Source: Actinomycetota bacterium
Lineage (GTDB): Bacteria; Actinomycetota; UBA4738; HRBIN12
DNA: 64,000 nucleotides
Assembly (NCBI GenBank): GCA_041287635.1
Contig: JBGGNG010000047.1
Span: 4,501 to 68,500, forward strand
Direction of reading: 5' to 3'
Shown piece by piece: positions 27,704 to 37,038 of this stretch. The position numbers and the translations under genes were made by a program. Position 1 is the first letter of the stretch. Each line of letters begins with the position of its first letter. The notes under the pieces were generated by a model. The model ran no database searches, had not been told where the DNA came from, and saw only the letters and a program-made list of their open reading frames with translations.

Positions 27704-29970
27704 CGACGCGCCCTGTCCTTCCGCTCGCACTCCTGATCGCCGCCGCCTCCGGCGCGCTGTTGTCCGCGGCGTTCCCCCCGGTCGGCGCGTGGCCGATCGC
27801 GTTCATCGCACTCGCGCCGTTGCTCTGGCTGCTCGCAGAGAGCGGTCCCCGTCGAGGGTGCGTGCTCGGGCTCGCCTACGGCCTCGCGTTCCACGGCGCG
27901 ACCCTCTACTGGATCCTGCGCTTCGGCGAGATGGCATGGGTCGCCCTGACCCTCGTCTCCGCCCTCTGGGTGGCGCTGTTCGGCGCCCTCGTCCCGGCCT
28001 TGCGCCGGCCGGGACGGCCGTTGATCACCGTGATCGGCATCGCCGCAGCCTGGACGGTGCTCGAGTGGTGCAAGGGCATGTGGCCGCTCGGCGGATTCAC
28101 GTGGGGCACGATCGGGGTCTCGCAGGTCGACAACCTCGCCACCGTGCGGCTCGGCACGGTCGCCGGGGTCTGGGGAGTGACATTCGCCGTCGTGACGGTC
28201 AACGCGACGCTGGCGCAGCTCGTCGAAGGGGGAGGGAACCGGCGCGGACGCGTCGTGGTCACCGCCGTCGCGGCCGCGATGGCCGTCACGCCCCTCGCAT
28301 TGCCGTTCGCGGTCGCGGACGGACAGGCGATCGACGTCGCCACGATCCAGATCGACGTGCGCGAGGCCCGCGACGGCACGACCATCGACGAGGATCGTCG
28401 GGTCGCGGAGATGAACATCGCCCAACACCGACGGCTCGAGGCGCCACCCCGTCCGGACCTGATCGTCTGGGGTGAGGGTGCCCTCGACCCAGCGGCGGCC
28501 GCCGACCCCGAGCTGCGGTTGGTCGTCTCGGATGTCGTCGCCGAGGTGGGCGTACCGACGGTCATCGGGGCCGTGATCGACGACCCCGACGGGAGTCAAC
28601 ACACGTCGGTCGTGCAGCTCGACGCGTCGGGTGCGGAGGTCGACCGCTACGACAAGACCCGCCTCGTGCCGTTCGGGGAGTTCGTGCCGTTCCGTTCACG
28701 GCTCGGATGGATCGAGGCCATCGACCAGGTCCCCGTGGATCGGACGCCGGGGGAGGGGACGCACCTGTTCGAGAGCCCCGGCCTGCCGCCCTTCGGCACG
28801 CCGATCTGCTACGAGAACTCGTTCCCGGCCATCACTCGTGCCATCGTCGATGCGGGTGCGGGTTTCGTCATCGTGCCTGTCAATAACGCGTCGTACGGCT
28901 TCACGGCGGCGAGCGCCCAGCACCTGCAGATGTCGCAGATGCGCGCGATCGAGACCGGGCGTTGGTACGTGAACGCGGCGATCTCGGGCATCAGCGCCTT
29001 CGTCGACCCATCCGGAGGCATCGTCGCCTCCGCAGGGTTGTTCGAGCCCGCTATCCTACGACACACCATCCGGTCCTCCGATCAGCGCACGTGGTACGTC
29101 CGGCTGGGGGACTGGCTCCCCTGGCTCGCCCTCGCGTTTCTGGCTGTGGCCCTCGTGGTCCCGCGACGGCGCTCGGCAGCGCGACCCGCGCCCGAGCCGC
29201 TCGGCCCCCACGAGCGCCGCACGCTCGTGATCCTGCCGACCTTCGAGGAGCGCGCCACGATCGAGCAGGTCCTCCGGGGGGTCCGCAAGGCACCGCACGA
29301 CGTGGACGTCGTGGTGGTCGACGACTCCTCGCCCGACGGCACGGCCGCGCTGGTGCGCGATGTGATGTCGACCGAGCCACACATCCGGTTGGTGGAGCGC
29401 CCGCATCGCTCCGGGCTCGCCAGCGCGTACCTGCACGGGTTCCGGCTCGCCCTCGACGAGGGCTACGACCTCGTGGTGGAGATGGACTCCGACCTCTCCC
29501 ATGACCCGGTCGAGCTCCCACGGCTCCTCGACGCCGCGGCGGAGGGCGCCGACCTCGTGGTGGGGAGCCGCTACGTGCCCGGCGGCTCGGTCACGAACTG
29601 GAGCCGCGGCCGGGTCGCGCTGTCGAGGGCAGGGAACACCTACGCGCGGTTGATGCTGGGCATACCCCTGCACGACGCCACGAGCGGCTTCCGCGTCTAC
29701 CGCAGCGGGCTGCTCGAAGATCTCGTGGCCGATCCGATCGCGTCGGAGGGATACGGCTTCCAGATCGAGCTCGTCATGCGGTCCTGGCAGCTCGGGGCGA
29801 CGCTGTCCGAGGCGCCGATCACGTTCCGCGAACGCGAACACGGGCACTCGAAGCTCTCCAAGCGCATCGTCGTGGAGGCGCTGTGGCTCGTGGCCCTCTG
29901 GGGGCTCGCGGCCCGCTTCCGGCGTCCGCCCACGGAGAGTGCTCCCGTTCGAGATCCTGTTTCCCGATAA
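27685..29970 (+). CDS. Fusion protein: apolipoprotein N-acyltransferase (Lnt) + polyprenol-phosphate mannose synthase (Ppm1, GT2)
   Basis: N-terminal part is multi-TM plus a CN-hydrolase triad context (WGEGAL, YDKTRLVPFGEFVP, PICYENSF). From about 29215 it is GT2 (LVILPTFEERATIEQV, VVVVDDSSPDGT, VEMDSDLSHDP). Start approximate. Confidence 0.85.
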   Translation: MPRLRLTTRPVLPLALLIAAASGALLSAAFPPVGAWPIAFIALAPLLWLLAESGPRRGCVLGLAYGLAFHGATLYWILRFGEMAWVALTLVSALWVALFGALVPALRRPGRPLITVIGIAAAWTVLEWCKGMWPLGGFTWGTIGVSQVDNLATVRLGTVAGVWGVTFAVVTVNATLAQLVEGGGNRRGRVVVTAVAAAMAVTPLALPFAVADGQAIDVATIQIDVREARDGTTIDEDRRVAEMNIAQHRRLEAPPRPDLIVWGEGALDPAAAADPELRLVVSDVVAEVGVPTVIGAVIDDPDGSQHTSVVQLDASGAEVDRYDKTRLVPFGEFVPFRSRLGWIEAIDQVPVDRTPGEGTHLFESPGLPPFGTPICYENSFPAITRAIVDAGAGFVIVPVNNASYGFTAASAQHLQMSQMRAIETGRWYVNAAISGISAFVDPSGGIVASAGLFEPAILRHTIRSSDQRTWYVRLGDWLPWLALAFLAVALVVPRRRSAARPAPEPLGPHERRTLVILPTFEERATIEQVLRGVRKAPHDVDVVVVDDSSPDGTAALVRDVMSTEPHIRLVERPHRSGLASAYLHGFRLALDEGYDLVVEMDSDLSHDPVELPRLLDAAAEGADLVVGSRYVPGGSVTNWSRGRVALSRAGNTYARLMLGIPLHDATSGFRVYRSGLLEDLVADPIASEGYGFQIELVMRSWQLGATLSEAPITFREREHGHSKLSKRIVVEALWLVALWGLAARFRRPPTESAPVRDPVSR

Positions 29971-30011
29971 CGTGCATTATGTCACTTCGCCTCGGATGAC
30001 CCCCGAGAGGG

Positions 30012-30224
30012 TCACCCCCGCTCGTTCCACCGCTTGAAGTTGCCCGTGGCGCGCGCGAGGAGCTGCTGGACCTGATCCTCGTCGTCGGCGGCATCGAGGG
30101 AGGCGGTCAGCCGGGTCGCTGCGGCACCGTCCACGGTCGTCACGACCCGGGAGCGCCACGAGATCCGCACGCGCCCGTCCTTCGTGACCGCGAACCGGAA
30201 CGGGGCGTCCTCGAGACCGCTCAC
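30012..30224 (-). CDS. Small hypothetical protein (about 70 aa) coupled to gcvPB
   Basis: GTG 30224 overlaps the gcvPB stop (GTGA). VSGLEDAPFRFAVTKDGRVRISW... is beta-rich. No family recognised. Confidence 0.4.
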   Translation of the reverse strand: MSGLEDAPFRFAVTKDGRVRISWRSRVVTTVDGAAATRLTASLDAADDEDQVQQLLARATGNFKRWNERG

Positions 30225-31726
30225 CGCCGTCGGTCGGGCGGGTCCTCGAACCCCCACCGTAACCGGAGGTGCCGGGCGGCCCTCGCCTCGTCGAGGCGGC
30301 GCACCGGGGTGGACACGGGCGCCTCGTGCAGCAGGTCCGGGTCGGTGTGGGCCTCCTCGGCCGCCTGCAGGAACGCGTCGGCGATGCCGTCGAGCGTTTG
30401 CTTCGATTCCGTCTCCGTGGGCTCGACCATCATCGCCTCGTCGACGACGAGCGGGAAGTAGACCGTGGGCGGGTGGTAGCCGAGATCGATCAGCCGCTTC
30501 GCCACGTCCATCGCCCTGACACCGGTCTCCTTCTTCAGTGGCTCCGCCGTCGAGACGAACTCGTGCATCGGAGGGACCTGCGGATACGCGAGCGGGAACG
30601 CGCCGGACAACCTGCCCGCGAGGTAGTTGGCGTTCAGCGCCGCGAGCTCACTCACCTCGGTGAGCCCGTCACCGCCGTGCCCGAAGACGTACGCGTAGGC
30701 ACGGACCAACACCCCGATGTTCCCGTTGAAGCCGTGCAACCGCCCGATCGATCTCGGGCGGTCGCGATCCCAGCGGAACGTGCCATCGGGATCGCGGGCG
30801 ACGATCGGAGCCGGCAGGTAGTCGACGAGGTGCGGCGCCACGCCGACAGGCCCGGCGCCCGGCCCTCCCCCGCCGTGAGGGGTCGCGAACGTCTTGTGGG
30901 TGTTGATGTGCACGATGTCGAAGCCCATGTCACCCGGCCTTGCTTTCCCCATGATCGCATTCAGGTTCGCGCCGTCGTAGTAAACGAGCGCGCCCACCGA
31001 ATGCAGCGCGGCGGTGATCTCCTCGATGCGCTCCTCGAACAGGCCAAGGGTGTTCGGGTTCGTGAGCATCAGGCCGGCGACCTCGTCGTCGACGAGCCCC
31101 CGGAGGGCCTCGACGTCGACGAGGCCACGCTCGTCGGACGGCACGTCGACCGCCTCGAACCCCGCGAGGCGCACGCTGGCGGGGTTCGTGCCGTGCGCCG
31201 CGTCGGGGATCAGGACCTTCGTTCGCCGCCCGCCGTGGTCCGCATGGAACGCCCGCATGATCAGCAGGCCGGTCATCTCCCCGCACGCACCCGCCGGCGG
31301 CTGCAGCGTCGCCCGGGCCATGGCGGTGATCTCACACAGCGCTTCCTCGAGACGCCACAACATCTCGAGAGTGCCCTGCACGGTGGCGTCGGGCTGCAGC
31401 GGGTGGGCCCGCTGGAACCCGGGGAAAGCGGCGACGGTCTCGGCGACCTTGGGGTTGTACTTCATCGTGCACGAGCCCAGCGGATAGGGCCCGGTGTCGA
31501 CCCCGTAGTTTTGCTGCGACAGCATCGTGTAGTGACGCACGATGTCGATCTCCGCGACCCGTGGGAGACCCGGAGCCCGGGTGCGCCGGTGCGCCTCGGG
31601 CAGCGTGACCTCGGGCACGTCCAGCGGCGCGAACGCCGATGCTCGTCGACCGGACGATGAGCGCTCGACGATCGTACCCGTCGATGCCGCCGGGCCCTGG
31701 GTCCGGATCGGGGCCCCTCCGCTCAT
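30221..31726 (-). CDS. gcvPB: Glycine dehydrogenase (decarboxylating) subunit 2
   Basis: GSCTMKYNPK and the PLP-Lys context INTHKTFATPHGGGGPG. ATGA overlap with gcvPA. Confidence 0.93.
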   Translation of the reverse strand: MSGGAPIRTQGPAASTGTIVERSSSGRRASAFAPLDVPEVTLPEAHRRTRAPGLPRVAEIDIVRHYTMLSQQNYGVDTGPYPLGSCTMKYNPKVAETVAAFPGFQRAHPLQPDATVQGTLEMLWRLEEALCEITAMARATLQPPAGACGEMTGLLIMRAFHADHGGRRTKVLIPDAAHGTNPASVRLAGFEAVDVPSDERGLVDVEALRGLVDDEVAGLMLTNPNTLGLFEERIEEITAALHSVGALVYYDGANLNAIMGKARPGDMGFDIVHINTHKTFATPHGGGGPGAGPVGVAPHLVDYLPAPIVARDPDGTFRWDRDRPRSIGRLHGFNGNIGVLVRAYAYVFGHGGDGLTEVSELAALNANYLAGRLSGAFPLAYPQVPPMHEFVSTAEPLKKETGVRAMDVAKRLIDLGYHPPTVYFPLVVDEAMMVEPTETESKQTLDGIADAFLQAAEEAHTDPDLLHEAPVSTPVRRLDEARAARHLRLRWGFEDPPDRRR

Positions 31727-33030
31727 GCGGCGAGCACCTCCCCCATCGCGACGACGTACGCGTCGATCTCGTCCCGCGACCGCCGTTCGGTGACGGCCAC
31801 GACGAGCACGTCGTCACCGGCTCCCGGCATCGCCACCCCTGCGAGGAACCCGCGCTCGACCATGGCGTCGATCACGGCGCGCGCAGGACGAGGGAGCCGC
31901 ACGGCGAACTCCTTGAAGGTCGGCGCTCCCGGGAAGACGGGCGTCACGCCGGGCAGCGCCGTCAGCGCGTCGGCCACGTACGCGGCCTTCGACAGGCATT
32001 GCCGCCCGACCTCGGCCAGACCCTCCGGCCCGAGCCACGCCAGGTATACGGCTGCGGCGAGCGCCATGAGCGTCTGGTTCGTGCAAATGTTCGAGTTGGC
32101 CTTGTCGCGGCGGATGTGCTGTTCGCGGGCCTGCAGGGTGAGCACGTAGCCGGTGCGACCCTCTACGTCCACCGTCTCGCCGACGATGCGACCCGGGAGC
32201 CTGCGCACGTCGGCCAATCGCCCGGCGATGATGCCGAGGTAGGGTCCCCCGTAGTTCAGGTGGTTGCCGAGGACCTGCCCCTCCCCCACGGCGATGTCGG
32301 CCCCGAGCTCGCCGGGCGAGGCGAGCACCCCGAGGGAGAGCGGATCGAAGATCTGGATCGCCGTGGCGCCGCCCGCGTGCGCCGCAGCGAACCGCTCCCT
32401 CGCGGGCTCGAGCACACCGAACGCGTTCGGGTGCTGCACGATGACGGCGGCGACGTCGTCGGCCACCGACGGCTCGCCGTCGAACGTCTCGGGCTCGTAG
32501 CCCGCTCCTCGGCCGGCCGTGCGGAGCGCTTCGACGGCCCGAGGGTCGACGCCGGCCGACACCAGCACTCGGATCCGGCCACGACCGATGGTCATGTGCA
32601 CGGCCTCCACGAGGGCGGTCGCCCCGTCGTAGAGCGACGCGTTCGAGACCTCGAGCCCGGTCAGCTCGCAGATCATCGACTGATACTCGAACAGCACCTG
32701 GAGCACGCCTTGCGAGAGCTCCGGCTGGTAGGGCGTGTAGGAGGTGTAGAACTCGCTGCGGCCGGCGAGTGCCCAGACGACCGCCGGCACGTAGTGGTCG
32801 TAGGCGCCGCCGCCGGCGAAACAGACCAGGTCGTCGGCGCTGCGGTTGCGGCTCGCGAGCGAGCGGAGGTCGGCCACGAGTTCCATCTCGCTCACGCCGT
32901 CGGGGAGCGCGAGGGCACGGTCGAGCCTGATCGAAGGGGGGATCTGCTGGAACAGGTCGTCGATCGAGGAGCGTCCGACGGCCGCGAGCATCTCGCGGAT
33001 CTCGTCCTCGGTGTGCGGGCTGAACCTCAC
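31723..33030 (-). CDS. gcvPA: Glycine dehydrogenase (decarboxylating) subunit 1
   Basis: FAGGGAYDHYVPAVV, YTPYQPELSQGVLQ, REQHIRRDKANSNICTNQ signature blocks. Confidence 0.93.
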   Translation of the reverse strand: MRFSPHTEDEIREMLAAVGRSSIDDLFQQIPPSIRLDRALALPDGVSEMELVADLRSLASRNRSADDLVCFAGGGAYDHYVPAVVWALAGRSEFYTSYTPYQPELSQGVLQVLFEYQSMICELTGLEVSNASLYDGATALVEAVHMTIGRGRIRVLVSAGVDPRAVEALRTAGRGAGYEPETFDGEPSVADDVAAVIVQHPNAFGVLEPARERFAAAHAGGATAIQIFDPLSLGVLASPGELGADIAVGEGQVLGNHLNYGGPYLGIIAGRLADVRRLPGRIVGETVDVEGRTGYVLTLQAREQHIRRDKANSNICTNQTLMALAAAVYLAWLGPEGLAEVGRQCLSKAAYVADALTALPGVTPVFPGAPTFKEFAVRLPRPARAVIDAMVERGFLAGVAMPGAGDDVLVVAVTERRSRDEIDAYVVAMGEVLAA

Positions 33031-33058
33031 GAACCGTCAGTCTACGGAGCCGCCGAGC

Positions 33059-33469
33059 CTACGACCCGAGGCCGAGGCCGACCTCATGAGCGGGAACGGA
33101 GCGAGCGTCCCGCAGCCCGTACTTCGTGACGAGGGAAAGGTAATCACGCTGGTAGAAGATCTTGCAGGTGACCTCCGGGTAGCGCTCGCGGAGCCGTCGC
33201 ACCTTGCGGTTCTTCTTCGTGACGAGCTTCTGGTTCAGCGTCGTGATCTCGATGTACAGGTCGAACTCCGGGAGGAAGAAGTCGGGCGTGAACCGCTGGA
33301 GCACTCGGCCTTCCTTGTCGAAATCGATATCGAACGACGTCGGCTCGTAGTCCCACTCGATGCCGTAGAAGTCGAGCAGCTGCGCGAACTGACGCTCGGA
33401 GGCGTGCGCGAAGCGGATCGTGTCGCTCTTGAGAGGCGGAACGTCGAGGCTCTCGGGCTGAGCGCTCAC
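33059..33469 (-). CDS. Conserved hypothetical, possible PD-(D/E)xK-like fold
   Basis: GTG 33469 overlaps the stop of the upstream MerR gene. FTPDFFLPEFDLYIEITT resembles a restriction-endonuclease-like core, tentative only. Confidence 0.55.
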   Translation of the reverse strand: MSAQPESLDVPPLKSDTIRFAHASERQFAQLLDFYGIEWDYEPTSFDIDFDKEGRVLQRFTPDFFLPEFDLYIEITTLNQKLVTKKNRKVRRLRERYPEVTCKIFYQRDYLSLVTKYGLRDARSVPAHEVGLGLGS

Positions 33470-33912
33470 GACCCTCCGGCCGCGGCGCGCCGGGTTCGCT
33501 GCTTCGCCGCCGCGGCAAGGGAGTCCTCGAGATCGGTGTAAACCGCGTCGAGTGAGATCGCGAACACCCCCTGGCCGTTCCGGAGCAGGTCGACGACCGC
33601 CTCGGGCGAGTGCGCCTCGTACACCCCAGCGCCGTCGGACATGAGGGTCACCCCGTGGGGCGGGCGATCCATCGTGCGAAGGTGCTCCACGGCCTTACGC
33701 ACACGCTGCAACGACACGCCGGTGTCGAGCAGCTTCTTGATCACCTTCAGTGTCGCGAGGTCCTGGAACGAGTAGAGGCGCTGGGTACCGGAACCGTGGG
33801 CATCCTTCACCGAGGGCGTCACCAGGCCCGTTCGGGTCCAGTAGTCCAGCTGGCGGTACGTGATGCCCGCGATGCGTTTCGCCTCGGGCGCGCGGAACCC
33901 CTCTTCACTCAT
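33466..33912 (-). CDS. MerR family transcriptional regulator (Rv1830-like)
   Basis: KRIAGITYRQLDYWTRTGLVTPS...GSGTQRLYSFQDLATLKVIKKLLDTGVSLQ is a MerR HTH. ATG 33912 chosen. Confidence 0.8.
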   Translation of the reverse strand: MSEEGFRAPEAKRIAGITYRQLDYWTRTGLVTPSVKDAHGSGTQRLYSFQDLATLKVIKKLLDTGVSLQRVRKAVEHLRTMDRPPHGVTLMSDGAGVYEAHSPEAVVDLLRNGQGVFAISLDAVYTDLEDSLAAAAKQRTRRAAAGGS

Positions 33913-34087
33913 CACTACTCCACGATCGGGAATCACGTCGATGTGTTTCGGCAGCGTAGGGCCCGTATGGGGGCCTGTCAATGGCCGACCGGCATCGTGC
34001 GGATAACCCGTGGCTCAAGTTCTCCACGCGGCCGCCCGATGCCTCCCTAGTCAGGAAGGACCACGAGCTCGCAGGAGATCGGGAGCC

Positions 34088-34531
34088 ATGACTCGAACCG
34101 CACGCCGTCTGGCCACGGCCACCGCCATCGCGCTGTCGCTCGCCCTCGTGCCCGCCGCCGCGCAGGCGCGGACCCCCAACTACTCTTGGCAGATGTACGG
34201 AGAGACGAATGCTGCGCGCGTCCGGCACTCGGTGGGCCGGCTCGAACGCGCCCACCGGCTCACCGACGAGGCCACGAAGCACGCCAGGGCCATGGCACGC
34301 CGGGGCCAACTCTTCCACTCATCGGGGCCGAGCCGCTACGGCGTTCGCTGCTGGACGTGGGGCGAGAACGTCGGCTTCACGAGCGGCGATGTCGACGACC
34401 TGCAGCGAGCGTTCATGAACAGCCCCTCCCACCGGAGCAACCTGCTCGACCGGGACTTCGACCGGGTCGCCGTCGGCGCCGCGACCGACGACCGCGGCCG
34501 CCTCTACGTCACGCTCTTCTTCTGCACCTGA
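34088..34531 (+). CDS. Secreted CAP/SCP-domain protein
   Basis: Signal peptide MTRTARRLATATAIALSLALVPAAAQA. CAP motifs MARRGQLFHS, GENVGF, MNSPSHRSNLLDRDFDRVAVG. Confidence 0.75.
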   Translation: MTRTARRLATATAIALSLALVPAAAQARTPNYSWQMYGETNAARVRHSVGRLERAHRLTDEATKHARAMARRGQLFHSSGPSRYGVRCWTWGENVGFTSGDVDDLQRAFMNSPSHRSNLLDRDFDRVAVGAATDDRGRLYVTLFFCT

Positions 34532-34555
34532 GCGGCGAGCCGACGGTGACGCCCA

Positions 34556-35029
34556 TCAGCCGGCGAAGTCCTCCGGCGTGACGGTGTCGAGGAACTCGCG
34601 GAACTTCTCGACCTCCTCGTCCTCGTCGTCGGGGATCAGGATCGACGCTTCCTCGAGCACATCCTCGTGGACGAAGATCGGCACCGACATCCGCACGGCG
34701 AGGGCGATCGCGTCGGACGGTCGGGACGAGATCTCGTAGTCCTCGCCCTGTCGGTTCATCGCGATCGTGGCGTAGAACGTCGACTCCCGCAGCTCGGTCA
34801 CCTCGATCCGGCGGACGTCGACAGAGAGGTCGTCGAGGATCGTCCGCATCAGGTCGTGTGTCATCGGGCGGGGCGTGACGACTCCCTGCAAGGAGAGCGC
34901 GATCGCCGCGGCCTCCGCCGCGCCGATCCAGATCGGCAGGTACCGTTCGCCGCCGCGCTCACGCAACAAGACGATCGGCTGGTTCGTCGGGAGCTCGACG
35001 CGCACCCCGGTGAGTTCCATCTCGATCAT
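34556..35029 (-). CDS. Bifunctional nuclease family protein (DUF151, Rv1829-like)
   Basis: QPIVLLRERGGERYLPIWIGAAEAAAIALSLQGVVTPRPMTHDL and SRPSDAIALAVRMSVPIFV blocks. ATG 35029. Confidence 0.8.
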   Translation of the reverse strand: MIEMELTGVRVELPTNQPIVLLRERGGERYLPIWIGAAEAAAIALSLQGVVTPRPMTHDLMRTILDDLSVDVRRIEVTELRESTFYATIAMNRQGEDYEISSRPSDAIALAVRMSVPIFVHEDVLEEASILIPDDEDEEVEKFREFLDTVTPEDFAG

Positions 35030-35118
35030 CGTCTTCCGAGCGTAACCGCGGGTCCCAGCACGGGCAACCGGCCGAAGGGTCGTCAGGCGCGCGTGGGCGC
35101 TCCGGCCCCGGCGGCCGC

Positions 35119-35694
35119 TCAGACGGCGGCGAACCTCGGTGCGAGGATGGCCGGGTCGCTCTTCAACGCCTCGAGGTCGTCGACCTGCAGGATGTCGGGG
35201 AGGTTGCGGTAGCGCTCTCGGAAGTCGAGGCCGTAGCCGACCACGAACCGGTCGGGGCATTCGAATCCCACGTACCGAGGGGTGATCGGCACGATGCGAC
35301 GGACCGACTTGTCCAGCAAGGCGCAGACCTCCAGGGATGCCGGCTCGCGTGCGCGCAGGACCCCGAGGAGGTATCGGAGCGTGAGGCCCGTGTCGACGAT
35401 GTCCTCGACCAGGATCACATCGCGGCCGGCGAGATCGATGTCGACGTCGAGGAGGATCTGCACCCGTCCGAGGGATTCCTCGGCGTCGCCGTACCGGCTG
35501 ATCGCCATGAAGTGCGGCTCGAGCGCCAGCGGGGTCGCACGCATCAGATCCGCGAGGAACACCGCTCCGCCCTTGAGGACCGTGATCAGCACGGGCTCAC
35601 GCCCCACGTAGTCCCCGGCGATCGTGCGGCCGATCTCCTGCACCCGGCGGCGGATGTCCCCACGCCCGACCAGGACGCTCGCGACCTCCGTCAT
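35119..35694 (-). CDS. hpt: Hypoxanthine phosphoribosyltransferase
   Basis: LITVLKGGAVFLADL and the PRPP loop VILVEDIVDTGLTL. Confidence 0.9.
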   Translation of the reverse strand: MTEVASVLVGRGDIRRRVQEIGRTIAGDYVGREPVLITVLKGGAVFLADLMRATPLALEPHFMAISRYGDAEESLGRVQILLDVDIDLAGRDVILVEDIVDTGLTLRYLLGVLRAREPASLEVCALLDKSVRRIVPITPRYVGFECPDRFVVGYGLDFRERYRNLPDILQVDDLEALKSDPAILAPRFAAV

Positions 35695-35748
35695 GACGGG
35701 CGGAGACTAGCAGGACCCACGACGCAGCTGCGGCACCGGGCCCCTCGG

Positions 35749-37038
35749 TCAGGCGGAGCCGACCAGACCATCGACCGCATCGCCCAACGCCCGGCCGACC
35801 GCGTCGGCCGCCCGGAGCCACCACGGGTCGTCGCCCGCCGCCGGGGGGGGCGGGACGGCGGAGACGAGGAGCGGGCTGGACCCAAGGCTCACGCCGGGGA
35901 TCGTGATCTTGAACGTGCCCACCCGCTCACCCGCCGCCGGCGGGAAGACCGCGCGCGGCGAGACGACCACCCGCTCCTGCACGTGATCGAGCCGCGCCGT
36001 GGGCACGAGCGCCGTGATCGCTCGTTGTGCCTCGACCGGCACCGTGCCCCCCCGGATCGCAACCGTACCGATCGCCTCTCCGGCGCGCACGAACGTCTCC
36101 TCCCGATACCCCTCGAAGCCGTGATCGAGCAGCATGGCCGCCTCCGAGAACGGCTCGTTCCGATCGCCGAGTACGATCGCGACCAGCCGGCGACCGTCGC
36201 GCTCCGCGGTGGCGATCAAGCAGTACCCGGCCCCGGCGGTGAACCCGGTCTTCACGCCGCTCGAGCCCGGGTAGAGCCACAGCATCGCGTTGCGGTTCTG
36301 TACCCGCCGCGGAGGTCCCTGGGGTGCGGGGATCGTCCGGAACTTCGACGACACGATGCGGGCGAATCCCTCCTCGAGGGAAGCGGCGCGCGTGAGCGCG
36401 AGCAGGTCGCGCGTGGTCGAACGGCCACGGTCGTCGAGACCGTTGGAGGAGAGGAAGACCGTGTCGTGCATGCCGAGCGCCCTGGCCCGTTCGTTCATCA
36501 GCTCGACGAAACGTCGCTCGGAGCCGCTGATGTCGATCGCGAGCGCTAGGGCGGCGTCGTTCGCCGATTGCAGCATCAGGGCGTCGAGGAGCTCGCGGAC
36601 CGTGCGCCGCTCCCCCGCCCGCAGCCCGAGCGTGGACGATGCCCCGAAGTCGTCGCCGTCGAAGACGGCATCCGGCGAGACCGTGACCACGTCGTCCAGC
36701 TCTCGTCGCTGGAGCACGAGGAGGGCCGTCATCACCTTGGTGAGGCTCGCGATCGGGCGTCGGACCTCGGGGGCCTTCGCGAACATCACCTGCCCGTCGT
36801 CGAGATCGGCGAGGATCACCGCCGGGGCGTCGAGCTTCGGCGCCGCCACCGCGTCGGATGGCGTCGCCAGCGTCTGCGGGAACGGCGATGGCGAGCCTCG
36901 AGGCGGGACCGGCGTCGGCGGGGGCCACGACCGTTCCGCTGAGGCGGTCGCGAGAACGACGAGCTGGGTGGCGAGGCCGGCGACGATCGACAGCGCGACC
37001 GTCGCCCGCGCCAACCTGCGGCGTTGGCCGAGCCTCAC
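35749..37038 (-). CDS. D-alanyl-D-alanine carboxypeptidase (S11 penicillin-binding protein)
   Basis: Signal sequence, then SLTK (SxxK), SAND (SxN), KTGFT (KTG). Confidence 0.85.
   Translation of the reverse strand: MRLGQRRRLARATVALSIVAGLATQLVVLATASAERSWPPPTPVPPRGSPSPFPQTLATPSDAVAAPKLDAPAVILADLDDGQVMFAKAPEVRRPIASLTKVMTALLVLQRRELDDVVTVSPDAVFDGDDFGASSTLGLRAGERRTVRELLDALMLQSANDAALALAIDISGSERRFVELMNERARALGMHDTVFLSSNGLDDRGRSTTRDLLALTRAASLEEGFARIVSSKFRTIPAPQGPPRRVQNRNAMLWLYPGSSGVKTGFTAGAGYCLIATAERDGRRLVAIVLGDRNEPFSEAAMLLDHGFEGYREETFVRAGEAIGTVAIRGGTVPVEAQRAITALVPTARLDHVQERVVVSPRAVFPPAAGERVGTFKITIPGVSLGSSPLLVSAVPPPPAAGDDPWWLRAADAVGRALGDAVDGLVGSA

Noticed and set aside
26470-28602. 710-aa minus-strand ORF. 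The same applies to 47240-49129 (+), 50045-52453 (+) and 38895-40463 (+).
   Set aside because: All lie opposite genes with strong family signatures (amidohydrolase/lnt, trpS/M50/deoA, deoB/xerD, pgsA/der) and show no recognisable domains. They are high-GC artefacts.
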